From: Gammaproteobacteria bacterium
GTDB taxonomy: Bacteria; Pseudomonadota; Gammaproteobacteria; UBA5335; SLRW01
DNA length: 64,000 bases
Direction: 5' to 3'
NCBI GenBank assembly: GCA_035638695.1
Contig: DASQZM010000021.1
Coordinates: forward strand, 128,888-192,887
The position numbers and the translations under genes are program-made. Below are positions 9,753-19,254 of this stretch, in pieces (position 1 is the first letter of the stretch; every line of letters starts with the position of its first letter). The notes below the pieces were generated by a model. The model did not search any database and was not told where the DNA came from. It worked only from the letters and a program-made list of their open reading frames with translations.

Positions 9753-10334
9753 ATGATTTGGGGGATATTGCTCGCCGGCGGGGCGTCGCGACGCTTCGGG
9801 GCGGATAAGCTGCTGGAGCCGGTGGCCGATGGCACGCCCATGGCGGTGGCCGCGGCCGCTCACCTGATCGAGGGCGTGGACGCGGTGGTGGCCGTGGTGC
9901 GTCCGGGACGTCCGGAACTGGCCGGTCGCCTGCGCGCTACCGGCTGCCGGGTGGTGATCTGCCCCGGTTCACGGGAGGGTATGGGGGTGAGCCTCGCGGC
10001 CGGCGTGAGAGCGACGCCGATCGACGCCGCGGGATGGGTCGTGGCCCTCGGCGACATGCCGTGGATCTCACCCGAAACCGTGCGGCAGGTGGCGCGCGCG
10101 ATCCGCGACGGCGCGCTGGTCGCGGCCCCCCGCTACCGCGGGAGCCGCGGCCACCCGGTCGGGTTCGGGGCGCGCCTGCGCGCCGACCTGCTGCGACTGC
10201 AGGGCGATCGGGGCGCCCGCGATATCCTGCGGCGCGAGCGCGCACACCTGGTGCAGATCGATTGCGCTGACCCGGGAGTAGTGAAAGACGTGGATACGCC
10301 CGCGGATCTTGCCGGCGGTGAGGACGGAGAGTGA
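9753..10334 (+). CDS. MobA-like NTP transferase (molybdenum cofactor cytidylyltransferase MocA-like)
   Basis: LLAGGASRRFG..DKLL N-terminal nucleotidyltransferase motif and GDMPWI. Typical accessory protein for the MCD cofactor of xanthine dehydrogenase/CoxL-family enzymes. Confidence 0.75.
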   Translation: MIWGILLAGGASRRFGADKLLEPVADGTPMAVAAAAHLIEGVDAVVAVVRPGRPELAGRLRATGCRVVICPGSREGMGVSLAAGVRATPIDAAGWVVALGDMPWISPETVRQVARAIRDGALVAAPRYRGSRGHPVGFGARLRADLLRLQGDRGARDILRRERAHLVQIDCADPGVVKDVDTPADLAGGEDGE

Positions 10335-10627
10335 CGCGAGCCGGGCGCGGTTACTGCGATTGCAAAGGGCCGGGAACGTCGTCGAGGCTGGCTTTTCGGC
10401 CCGTTGCGTCATACCATCGGGGTTACCCGACGGCGGCCGCGCGCCGGTCGGCCCGAAGCCCGGGGATACGGCGCCGCGCTTTGCATCGTCGCGTATCCAT
10501 GGAAGATCCGGGCGGGAGCGCCCGCCAAGCTCTGCTGATCCGATCCGGTGACGGATCCGGCGCGGTGCGAATCAGAACGTACCGCCGGGTGGGGCCTTGT
10601 TGCCGCGGCAAAAAACCTTAGAGAAAC

Positions 10628-11935
10628 ATGGAAGTCGCCACGGAGCTGATACAGGGTGGGAAGGCGGCGCGGGCATCGGCCCCACTGGAACCCGAACACC
10701 CACTGCACGTGTGCCTGCTTGGATACCGCGGCAACCCGTACAGCGGCGGCCAGGGAGTGTACCTGCGCTATCTCAGCGCGGCGCTGGCCGACGCCGGTCA
10801 CCGGGTCGACGTGATCTCGGGGCAGCCCTACCCGGAGCTGGACGGCCGTGTGCGCCTGATCCGGATGCCCGGGATGAACCTGTTCGAGGCGAGCAACCGC
10901 CTCACGGCGTTGCGCGCGCAGGACTTTTGCTCGGCGACGAATCTGTACGAGTGGATCAGCATGCTCACCGGCGGCTTCCCGGAGCCCTACACGTTCGGCC
11001 GCCGCGTGGTCCGCTACCTGGCCGAGCACGGGCACGAGTACGACCTGGTGCACGACAACCAGAGCCTGTGCTACGGGCTGCTGACCCTGCAGCGCATGGG
11101 CTTGCCCACCGTCGCGACGATTCACCACCCGATTACCAGCGACCGAGACATCGCGCTGGCCAACGCCGCCGACTGGCGGCACCGGCTGCTGATCCGACGC
11201 TGGTACAGCTTCGTTCGGATGCAGCGCCGCGTGGTGCGTCAGCTGCGTCACGTCATCACGGTCTCGGAGCACTCGCGCCATGACATCGCGCGTGCATTCG
11301 GGATCCGGGCGGGATCGGTGGGACTGGTCTACAACGGCATCGACACCGAGACGTTTCGTCCCCTCGAGGGCGTCCAGCGTCGTCCGCACCGTATCATGGC
11401 CACCGCGAGCGCGGATGTCCCCCTCAAGGGGCTCGATTACCTGCTGCACGCCGTGGCCTCCCTGCGGGCCCGGTATCCCGACGTGGAGCTCGTCGTGCTG
11501 GGTCGGCCCCGGACGAACGGCCACACGGCGAAGCTGGCCCGGCGTCTGGGCCTGGCGGCCGCCGTGCGGTTCATCAACGGCGTGGACGTCGCGAGGATCG
11601 TGCAGGAGTATGCTGAGGCGACCGTCGCCGTGGTGCCCTCGCTGTACGAGGGCTTCGGGCTCCCCGCGGGGGAAGCGATGGCTTGTGGTCTCCCGGTGAT
11701 CTCCACGACCGGCGGGGCGCTGCCCGAAGTGGTTGGCGACGCCGGCTTGCTGGTGCCGCCGGCGGACAGCGGGGCCATCGCGCGGGCCGTGAATGAGTTG
11801 TTCGAGAATCCCGCCCGCCGCCTCCAGCTTGCGGGGCACGCGCGGCAGCGCATCGTGGAGCGTTTCAGCTGGAGCGTCAGCGCGCGGCAAATGGCCGATT
11901 ACTACCGGCATGTGCTTGCCGATGCAGACGATTGA
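10628..11935 (+). CDS. Glycosyltransferase family 4 (GT-B)
   Basis: YRGNPYSGGQGVYLRYL N-terminal domain and the C-terminal EGFGLPAGEAMACGLPVI (E-x7-E region). The start is uncertain. Confidence 0.85.
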   Translation: MEVATELIQGGKAARASAPLEPEHPLHVCLLGYRGNPYSGGQGVYLRYLSAALADAGHRVDVISGQPYPELDGRVRLIRMPGMNLFEASNRLTALRAQDFCSATNLYEWISMLTGGFPEPYTFGRRVVRYLAEHGHEYDLVHDNQSLCYGLLTLQRMGLPTVATIHHPITSDRDIALANAADWRHRLLIRRWYSFVRMQRRVVRQLRHVITVSEHSRHDIARAFGIRAGSVGLVYNGIDTETFRPLEGVQRRPHRIMATASADVPLKGLDYLLHAVASLRARYPDVELVVLGRPRTNGHTAKLARRLGLAAAVRFINGVDVARIVQEYAEATVAVVPSLYEGFGLPAGEAMACGLPVISTTGGALPEVVGDAGLLVPPADSGAIARAVNELFENPARRLQLAGHARQRIVERFSWSVSARQMADYYRHVLADADD

Positions 11936-12725
11936 CCTGGATCTCATCGACCTGGCATCCGGCGGCCGCGTCCTCGACCTGGGCTGTGGCGAGGGCCGGC
12001 ACACGCTCGCGGTGGCCATGGTCGGGGGCGTCTTCGCGGTCGGTCTGGACCGCAGTCGCGAAGGCCTTCAGACCTCGCGCCGCAAACACGGCGAGCTGCG
12101 CGGCGCCGGGGTCGCGGTTGATGACATCGACCTGACCGTCGGTGATGCGCTGCACCTGCCGTTCGCCGATGCCCGCTTCGACCGGGTGATCTGCTCGGAG
12201 GTGCTCGAGCACATACCGGACTACCGGGCGGCGCTCGGTGAGGTCGACCGCGTCCTGCGCCCGGGCGGCATTCTCGCCGTCAGCGTGCCGCGGTTCGGCC
12301 CCGAGTGGGTGTGTTGGCGGCTCAGCGACGCGTACCACAACGTTGAGGGCGGGCACGTGCGCATTTTCCGGTCCCGGCAGCTGCGACGGGACATCGAGCA
12401 ACTGGGCATGCGCTGTTACCGGCGGCATTGGGCGCACGCGCTGCATGCACCGTTCTGGTGGCTCAAGTGCCTGCTCTGGGAGCGCCGCGACCGGTCCCGG
12501 CTGGTCGCGCTGTATCACCGCTTCCTCGTGTGGGACCTGATGCGACGGCCGGCTGTCACGCGGGTGCTGGAAATGCTGCTTAACCCGCTGATCGGCAAGA
12601 GCGTCGTGCTGTATTTCCGCAAGCCGGCTGTCTCCGGGCGACGGCGGGCGGTGTCGACTGGAGGCACCGTGTCGGCGGATGCGCCCCGCGGAGCCCGTTT
12701 CCCGGCGGAGTACCCGGCCCGCTAA
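11922..12725 (+). CDS. Class I SAM-dependent methyltransferase
   Basis: Motif I VLDLGCGEGRH, then FDRVICSEVLEHIPD and LRPGGIL. It overlaps the upstream glycosyltransferase stop. An alternative ATG lies at 11910. Confidence 0.8.
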   Translation: MQTIDLDLIDLASGGRVLDLGCGEGRHTLAVAMVGGVFAVGLDRSREGLQTSRRKHGELRGAGVAVDDIDLTVGDALHLPFADARFDRVICSEVLEHIPDYRAALGEVDRVLRPGGILAVSVPRFGPEWVCWRLSDAYHNVEGGHVRIFRSRQLRRDIEQLGMRCYRRHWAHALHAPFWWLKCLLWERRDRSRLVALYHRFLVWDLMRRPAVTRVLEMLLNPLIGKSVVLYFRKPAVSGRRRAVSTGGTVSADAPRGARFPAEYPAR

Positions 12726-12816
12726 GCCCCTGGATCACAGACGGACAAGAAGGAAGCCGGCCATTCACATTTTCAACGCTCCCATTGCAGCGGCCTCGCC
12801 GACCGGGGGTAACGCG

Positions 12817-13866
12817 GTGCCCGAGGCCGTGTTTCGCCGGACCGCGGATTACATCGAGGCGGTCCAGTGCGCCGATGGCTCGATCCCGTGGTTCGACGGG
12901 GGCTGTATCGATCCCTGGGATCATGTCGAAGCAGCCATGGGCCTGAGCACCGCCGGCCGCATCGGCGCCGCCGAGCGGGCCTACCGGTGGCTGTGCCGCG
13001 AGCAGCTCGCCGACGGGAGCTGGTGGGCCGTCTACCGGGACGGTCGGCCGGGACCCGACAATCGCCGCGAGACCAACTTTGTGGCCTACTTCGCGACCGG
13101 CATCTGGCACCACTACCTGATTACGCTTGACCAACGCTTCCTGGACAGGACGTGGCCGGTGCTCGAAGCCGCTATCGATTACGTCACCGCGCAGCAGGAC
13201 GCGTCCGGGGCGATCGGCTGGGCAGTCGGGACGGACGGCCGGGTAACCCGCGAAGCGCTGGTTACCGGCTGCAGCTCGATCTACAAGAGCCTGGAATGCG
13301 CGCTCAACGTGGCCGGCGTCCTGGGCCTGCGCCGGCCCGACTGGTTCATGGCGCGCGCCCGCCTGGGGCAGGCACTGCGGACTCGCCCGGAGCGCTTCGA
13401 CCAATCCAAGCGCCGCTATTCCATGGACTGGTTCTACCCGGTGCTGACCGGGGTGGTGACCGGACCCGCGGCACGCCAGCGCTTGGCGGCACGCTGGGAC
13501 GCATTCGTCGAGGATGGTCTGGGCTGCCGCTGCGTGGCCGATCGGCCGTGGGTCACTGTGGCGGAGTCCTGCGAACTGGTGCTGTCGTTGATCGGCGCGG
13601 ACGAGGCCGCTCGTGCCGGTCGGCTGTTCCAGTCGCTGCACCGCTACGACGACGGCAGCGGGGCCTACTGGACGGGCTACGCCCTGGACGAGGACATCCT
13701 GTGGCCGGATGAGCGGCCCACATGGACTGCCGGGGCGGTCCTGCTGGCAGCCGACGCCCTGACAGGACGCACGCCGGCGGCCGGGCTTTTTACCCGGCCA
13801 TCACTGCGGGACCCGACGAAGCACGCCCAGCGTCTTGATCTTCCCCTCGTCGGCGAACAGGCCTGA
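12817..13866 (+). CDS. Prenyltransferase/squalene-oxidase-repeat-like (alpha/alpha-toroid) protein
   Basis: Repeated QxxDGSW-like units (QCADGSIPWF, QLADGSWWA, QQDASGAIGW) and GC3-rich codons. The GTG at 12817 has a GGGGG SD. The longest ORF starts at 12679. Confidence 0.7.
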   Translation: MPEAVFRRTADYIEAVQCADGSIPWFDGGCIDPWDHVEAAMGLSTAGRIGAAERAYRWLCREQLADGSWWAVYRDGRPGPDNRRETNFVAYFATGIWHHYLITLDQRFLDRTWPVLEAAIDYVTAQQDASGAIGWAVGTDGRVTREALVTGCSSIYKSLECALNVAGVLGLRRPDWFMARARLGQALRTRPERFDQSKRRYSMDWFYPVLTGVVTGPAARQRLAARWDAFVEDGLGCRCVADRPWVTVAESCELVLSLIGADEAARAGRLFQSLHRYDDGSGAYWTGYALDEDILWPDERPTWTAGAVLLAADALTGRTPAAGLFTRPSLRDPTKHAQRLDLPLVGEQA

Positions 13867-14418
13867 GGCCAGCGCCAGCTTCCAGATGCGATAGGGCGCT
13901 TGGCCCCCGTCGGCGCGATCCGGAAAGATGTCATGGATCAGCAGCAGCCCACCGGGGATCACGTGCGGCGCCCACGCGCGGTAGTCAGTCATGGCGGCCT
14001 CCAGGCTGTGCCCCCCGTCGATGAACACCATCCCCAGAGGGCAGCACCAGTGGCGGGCGGCGAGGGCGGACGGCGCGACGATGGGTACCACCGTGTCTTC
14101 CAGCACCGCGCGGCGCAGCGTATCGCGGAAGGCGGGGAAGCTGTCCATGAGCCCCGCAGATGCGTCGTACAGCTCCGGGTCGTGGTAGTCCTGGCCGCGC
14201 TGGTGCTCCTCGGAGCCGCGGTGATGATCCACCGCGTACAGCACTGCGCCGGCTTCGCGGCAAGCGGTCCCCAGGTAGAGGGTCGACTTACCGCAATAGC
14301 TGCCGACTTCCAGGCAGGGCCCGAGGCGCGCGCCTTCCACCGCCAGGCGATGCAGAGCCTCGCCTTCCTCCGGATCGAGAAACCCCTTGACGCTGTCGGG
14401 GGAAACAGGCAGCTTCAT
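13801..14418 (-). CDS. Class I SAM-dependent methyltransferase (O-methyltransferase-like, Methyltransf_24 type)
   Basis: CLEVGSYCGKSTLYL, VFIDGGHS and LLLIHD motifs. The track ORF 13801..14844 is an N-terminal over-extension. The start is ATG 14418. Confidence 0.75.
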   Translation of the reverse strand: MKLPVSPDSVKGFLDPEEGEALHRLAVEGARLGPCLEVGSYCGKSTLYLGTACREAGAVLYAVDHHRGSEEHQRGQDYHDPELYDASAGLMDSFPAFRDTLRRAVLEDTVVPIVAPSALAARHWCCPLGMVFIDGGHSLEAAMTDYRAWAPHVIPGGLLLIHDIFPDRADGGQAPYRIWKLALASGLFADEGKIKTLGVLRRVPQ

Positions 14419-14616
14419 GCTGGCCGGGCTCCCGGTGGCTGAATCGAAGGCCGCATTATAGCCGTATAGCGACACCTGAAGCGTTCTTCTGCCGGCGGGA
14501 ACGGAACAGCGTGCCGAGCCTTCGCTTCGGGGCCTTGCCGTCAGCACCGACGCGCCCCCCGGACGTGGCATCGTCCGTGACCGCGTTAGTATGATGAGAG
14601 CGTGGCGGTGAGCCAC

Positions 14617-15372
14617 ATGACAGGAACTCCCGGTGCACGCATGGCCAAATCGGAACAGCGGGACCTGCCGCCGCTCCTGATACGTGTCTCTTCCCGTGCC
14701 CGGCGCCTCAGCATCCGGGTGTCGGCTTCGGAAGGTGTCGTGGTCGTGATCCCCCGCGGGACCGACCGGAGCGCCGCAGTTCGCTTCGTGAGCCGGAAGC
14801 GCGACTGGCTCGCGCGCGCGGTGGGCCGGCTGGAGGCGCGGCACGGCCCGCTTGCAGATCTGGTCGATCCCCCGCTGCCCGAGATTGTTTCACTGCCCGC
14901 GGTCGAATGCTCCATCCCCGTCTCCTATGCCGCCGGGACGGGGCGAGCCCGTTGCCTGCGCCGGGGCGGTGGTTGGCACGTGGTCGGTCCGCCCGATGAC
15001 CGCAGCGCACACCGCCGCGCCCTTCAGCGGCGTATCGCCCGCGAGGCGCGCGAGCATCTCGAGCCATGGCTGCGGCGGCTGAGCGACCGTACCGGACTCG
15101 GCTACGTGCGCCTGAGCATTCGGGGCCAGAGGACGCTCTGGGGAAGCTGCTCGCGCGAGCGCAACATCAGCCTCAACTGGAAGCTGCTGTTCCTGCCGGG
15201 CGAGCTGGTGGAATACGTGCTGTTGCACGAGCTGGTCCACACGCTGCACCGGGACCACTCGCCGCGCTTCTGGGATACCCTGGGGCGCGTATGCCCTGAG
15301 GCGCACGAGCGCCACCGCCGGCTGCGGGCGGCGCCTGCACTGGTGCCGGCCTGGGCCGAGCGGCGCGACTGA
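14617..15372 (+). CDS. M48-like metallopeptidase, YgjP/DUF45 family
   Basis: C-terminal zinc motif LLHELVHTLHRDHS (HExxH) after WGSCS..ISLNWKL. The start is uncertain (14602, 14617 or 14641). Confidence 0.75.
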   Translation: MTGTPGARMAKSEQRDLPPLLIRVSSRARRLSIRVSASEGVVVVIPRGTDRSAAVRFVSRKRDWLARAVGRLEARHGPLADLVDPPLPEIVSLPAVECSIPVSYAAGTGRARCLRRGGGWHVVGPPDDRSAHRRALQRRIAREAREHLEPWLRRLSDRTGLGYVRLSIRGQRTLWGSCSRERNISLNWKLLFLPGELVEYVLLHELVHTLHRDHSPRFWDTLGRVCPEAHERHRRLRAAPALVPAWAERRD

Positions 15373-15390
15373 CCGGGCCCCGGCCGCCAT

Positions 15391-16629
15391 TCAGCCGGTC
15401 TTGTGCGACGTGTTGATCAGCGAGATCTCGTCGGTGGTCAACAGCCGCGGGTCGGTGCCGTAGAGGTAGTCCCGGGTAATGGGCACGGCGGCGTTCCTGT
15501 GGGCAAGCTGGAACTGGAATACGACCAGCTGGCCCCAGCGGAATGCCGACTCGGAAGCCTGCAGGTAGAACTCCCACATGCGGCAGAAGCGCTCGCCCAT
15601 CCGTTCAGCGATGTCGCTACGGGCCTTCTGGAAGCGCTGGTGCCAGCGCTGCAGCGTCATCGCGTAATGCAGACGCAGGACCTCGAGGTCCGAGAGCACC
15701 AGGCCGTAGCGCTCGACGTGGGGCGAGACTTCCGAAAGCGCCGGAATATAGCCGCCGGGGAAGATGTAGCGGTTAATCCAGGGATCGGTAACCGTGGGCG
15801 GCCCGGTGCGGCCGATGGTGTGCAGGAGGGCGACGCCATCGGGCTTGAGCAGGCGGCGCGCGCTGTCGAAGAAAGCCGGATACTGCGGCCGGCCGACGTG
15901 CTCGAACATGCCCACGCTGACGATGCCTTCGTAGGCGCCGGTGTGCTGGCGGTAATCCTCGAGCCGGAACTCGACGCGGTCCTCGAGGCCACGCTCCTGC
16001 GCACGCTTGCGTGCCACCCGGACCTGCTCCTCGGAAAGCGTCAGGCCCGTAACCCGCGCCCCGTATTCCTCCGCGAGATAGAGCGCCATGCCGCCCCAGC
16101 CGCAGCCGATGTCCAGGATGCGCGCCCCGGGTGATGGGACGAGCTTGCGCCCGATGTGCCGGCGCTTCGCCAGCTGGGCCTCGTCAAGGCTCATCTTCGG
16201 CTCGGGAAAATAGGCGCAGGAGTACTGCATGTCCTCGTCGAGGAAGCGGCGGAACAGGGATTCGTCGAGGTCGTAGTGATGACTGACGTTGCGGCGCGCG
16301 CGCGACACCCAGTCCGTCTCGCGCCAGGCGCGTCGCACGGCATCGAGTGCCCGGCCGAACGGAGACTGCGGACCGTCGGCGCCGAAATTACGCACCAGGA
16401 CCTCGAATACGGGCAGCAGCTCGCCGCCCTCGGGGTCCCAGTCTCCGTCCATGTAGGACTCGCCCAGCTGCATGTACGGGTTGCGCAGGATGCGGCGCAG
16501 GGCTCCCTTGCGGTTGAGCCGGATGTGGGCCTCGGGCTCCCCTTCCCCGAGGGCCCTTGTGGTACCGTCAGGCCAGTGCAGGTGCAGCGAGCCGTGACGG
16601 AAGCGGCGTGCGATCTGGTTGAGCAACAT
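15391..16629 (-). CDS. cfa: Cyclopropane-fatty-acyl-phospholipid synthase
   Basis: HYDL..FF..MQYSCAYF, SAM motif ILDIGCGWGG, and FEHVG..IFPGGYIP..YLQASE. ATG 16629 has an AAGGAGG SD. Confidence 0.9.
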   Translation of the reverse strand: MLLNQIARRFRHGSLHLHWPDGTTRALGEGEPEAHIRLNRKGALRRILRNPYMQLGESYMDGDWDPEGGELLPVFEVLVRNFGADGPQSPFGRALDAVRRAWRETDWVSRARRNVSHHYDLDESLFRRFLDEDMQYSCAYFPEPKMSLDEAQLAKRRHIGRKLVPSPGARILDIGCGWGGMALYLAEEYGARVTGLTLSEEQVRVARKRAQERGLEDRVEFRLEDYRQHTGAYEGIVSVGMFEHVGRPQYPAFFDSARRLLKPDGVALLHTIGRTGPPTVTDPWINRYIFPGGYIPALSEVSPHVERYGLVLSDLEVLRLHYAMTLQRWHQRFQKARSDIAERMGERFCRMWEFYLQASESAFRWGQLVVFQFQLAHRNAAVPITRDYLYGTDPRLLTTDEISLINTSHKTG

Positions 16630-16787
16630 CTGGATGCCTCCTTGTCGGTACAGCCTCCGGAGCGCGCCAGGCAACGCTCTCCGGGGCATGCGGCGGGGAA
16701 AGCCCGCCGGGAGGAAGCAGGGCCGGCCAAGCCCGTGTTCCGCTCACCAGCCCCGGGCCGGACAGGTTACCGCTTAAACACTAATGA

Positions 16788-16824
16788 GCGGCCCCGGACC
16801 GGTCAAGCCGACCGGCGGGGCCGC
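16788..16824 (-). terminator. GC-rich hairpin 3 nt downstream of the BON-protein stop
   Basis: GCGGCCCCG..CCGGTC-AAGCC-GACCGG..CGGGGCCGC is a nested perfect stem. On the minus strand it is followed by TCATTAGTGTTTAA. Confidence 0.55.
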
Positions 16825-16826
16825 GA

Positions 16827-17525
16827 TCACCCGGGGAGCGTCCGCAGCGCGTTGCGCACACCGTGAATCCCGGGGACGTACCAGCAGTCGTACTCGGCGA
16901 GACGGCTCTGCTCGTCGCTGCGCACGGTGCCCTCCAGCTCCGCGATACGATCGCGGGCCCGGCACCGAATGCTGGCATTGTGCAGCGTGGGGTCCATCTC
17001 CAGCACCAGGCGCAGGGCGTCGGTGAGCTCGTCGTCCGAGTCCTTCTCGGGCGGCGTGACGTGCAGCCTGTTGTCGACGTCGGCGACCCCGGGCACCCAC
17101 CACGCCAGCACTTCCGCCAGGCGGCGGTGCGAAAGGCTGGCCACCGCGCCGTTCAGCCGTATCACGCCGTCGCTGCAGGAGACCTGCAGCCCGGCTTCGC
17201 TGGCGGCGGTGCCGGACGCCTCCCGAACCGGCGTACCGCGGAACGCGCCTTCCTGGCTCAGCGCCCCGGTCACCGCCTGCGCCAGCTCGCGATCCCCGCG
17301 CTCCCGGGAAACGCGCAGGCGCAGCCGATCCAGGACATTGGGCGTGTCCGCGGTCTCCCGTGCCAGGATCAGCGCACGGCGCTTGGCGGCGATGTTGTCC
17401 ACCTCGCCGTCCAGCACCAGGGTCTCGCCGTCGCCGCGAACTCGCACCGCGTCGCGGTGCAGGTCGATGGCAGGGTCGCGCTCGAATGCGGCAAGGATTG
17501 CCCGGACGAGCCGGTCTTCGCTCAT
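16827..17525 (-). CDS. BON domain-containing protein
   Basis: Repeated BON-like units (V.V..G.v.L.G.V, as in VRVRGDGETLVLDGEV, QVSCSDGVIRLNGAV, RCRARDRIAELEGTV). ATG 17525 has a GGAGGAAAG SD. The track ORF to 18380 is an over-extension. Confidence 0.7.
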   Translation of the reverse strand: MSEDRLVRAILAAFERDPAIDLHRDAVRVRGDGETLVLDGEVDNIAAKRRALILARETADTPNVLDRLRLRVSRERGDRELAQAVTGALSQEGAFRGTPVREASGTAASEAGLQVSCSDGVIRLNGAVASLSHRRLAEVLAWWVPGVADVDNRLHVTPPEKDSDDELTDALRLVLEMDPTLHNASIRCRARDRIAELEGTVRSDEQSRLAEYDCWYVPGIHGVRNALRTLPG

Positions 17526-17545
17526 GGCGCTTTCCTCCGCGTCCT

Positions 17546-19153
17546 TCAGTCCTCGAACCACAGGCCGGGGTTCATGATCGCGCCGGGGTCGAGCTCCCGC
17601 TTGGCCGCGCGGATGGCGCCGCGGAACGCCGACGGCAGCTCCTGTCGGGCCCAGCGCTTGTGATCGCGGCCCATGGCGTGATGATGGCTGATCGTCCCGC
17701 CGCCGGCCAGGACGGCGTCGGAGGCGGCGGTCTTGATCTCCCACCACTGCTCGGCGAGGGCCTCGTGGCGCCCCTGGCCGTTGAATGAGAAATACAGGCA
17801 CACGCCGTCCGGATAGGCGTGCGTGGTGCGGCAGGTGACCGCGCCCGCGCCGCAGACGCGGTCCACCGCCTTGCGCGTGATCTCGCGCACCTGGTGGTAG
17901 AACCCCGGCAGACGGCTCCACGGGACCGCCGTCTCGAAGGTGTCGGCGATCACCGCGTAGTCGAGCAGGAAGTCGCGTACGTAGGGCTGGCGGAAGAAGG
18001 CCTGGCGCCAGTTGTCCACCTCCGGTCCCTGGCGGGGACCGGCACGGTCCTGCCGCGCCGCGCCGCCGTGGGCCCGGCACAACTCGCGCGCGAGGCGCAG
18101 CGGTTCGTCCACGGGGAAGACCGACGACTCGAAGCCCAGGATCATCAGCGCGCCCGACACCACGCGGCCGGTGAGGGCGTTGCTCATGCGGTGCTCGTCC
18201 GGATCGAGGATCCGCAGCTGGGCCGGCCACAGCCCGGCCTGGACGATCCCGCGGCCCGCCTCCAGGGCGGACTCGAAGTCGGGGAAAACGACGCCCCGCG
18301 TCGCCTTGTACCGCGGGCGCGCCTGGACTCGCAGGCGCGCATCGGTGAGCACGCCGAGCGCTCCCTCGCTGCCGCACCACAGCCGGTTCGGATCCGGCCC
18401 CACGCTGGAGGCGGGCAGGGCCCGGGTCCGCAGTCGACGGCCGTCCGGCAGCAGCACCCCGAGCGATTCGACCTGGTCTTCGATCTTGGCGTGCAGGGTG
18501 CTGTAGTGGCCCGCGCCGCGGGTCGCGATCCAGCCGCCCACACTGCTGTGGAAATACGACTGCGGATAGTAGCGCATGCTCAGGCCATGAGGCTTGAGCG
18601 CGGCATCCAGCGCCGGCCCCAGGATCCCTGCCTCAACGTGCGCGACGCGGTCGCGCTCGCTGATCTCCAGCACCCGGGACAGTCCCTGCAGGTCGAGGCT
18701 GATGCAGCCGTTGCAGCGGTCCATGGCCGGATCCGGCGTGACGCCCCCGACCACGCTGGAGCCGCCGCCGAAGGGGATCACGCCGAGGCCCTCGCGATTC
18801 GCCCACTCCAGCACCCGCTCGAGTTCTGCGGCGTTGCGGGGCGTGGCGACCACGTCCGGGGCGGCCAGCTCCTCCCCGGAGCGCAGGCTCGCCAGGTCGC
18901 GAAAGCTCCGTCCGATGCAGTGCAGCACGCGATCGGCGTGCTCGCCGCTTACCAGTCCGGCCATCTCCCGCGGCGGGTCGGTCCGGGACCGCCGCAGTGG
19001 CACGCCGTCGACTGGCGGACAGGGACGGAAGTGCTCGTCATCGAGCCGGAACACCGGTCCCAGCACCCGCGCGATCGCGCGGCGCTCCCCCGCGTGGAGC
19101 GCGTCCTCCGTGTAGCCCCATCCCAGCGGGTTGCGAGTCTTCTCCTGCGCCAT
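17546..19153 (-). CDS. FAD-linked oxidase, alkylglycerone-phosphate synthase (AGPS)-like
   Basis: N-terminal LGWGY, FAD-binding PFGGGSSVVGG, and C-terminal GGTISHHHAMG..NPG. ATG 19153 has a GGGAG SD. Confidence 0.8.
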   Translation of the reverse strand: MAQEKTRNPLGWGYTEDALHAGERRAIARVLGPVFRLDDEHFRPCPPVDGVPLRRSRTDPPREMAGLVSGEHADRVLHCIGRSFRDLASLRSGEELAAPDVVATPRNAAELERVLEWANREGLGVIPFGGGSSVVGGVTPDPAMDRCNGCISLDLQGLSRVLEISERDRVAHVEAGILGPALDAALKPHGLSMRYYPQSYFHSSVGGWIATRGAGHYSTLHAKIEDQVESLGVLLPDGRRLRTRALPASSVGPDPNRLWCGSEGALGVLTDARLRVQARPRYKATRGVVFPDFESALEAGRGIVQAGLWPAQLRILDPDEHRMSNALTGRVVSGALMILGFESSVFPVDEPLRLARELCRAHGGAARQDRAGPRQGPEVDNWRQAFFRQPYVRDFLLDYAVIADTFETAVPWSRLPGFYHQVREITRKAVDRVCGAGAVTCRTTHAYPDGVCLYFSFNGQGRHEALAEQWWEIKTAASDAVLAGGGTISHHHAMGRDHKRWARQELPSAFRGAIRAAKRELDPGAIMNPGLWFED

Positions 19154-19254
19154 GACCGGCTCCCGTGATGCGATGCGGTTTGCTGCATTATCGGGAACGA
19201 AGGGGAGGGGGACAACGTGCGTTGTGGTGCGGATCCCGCGTCCGAGGGGGGGTG

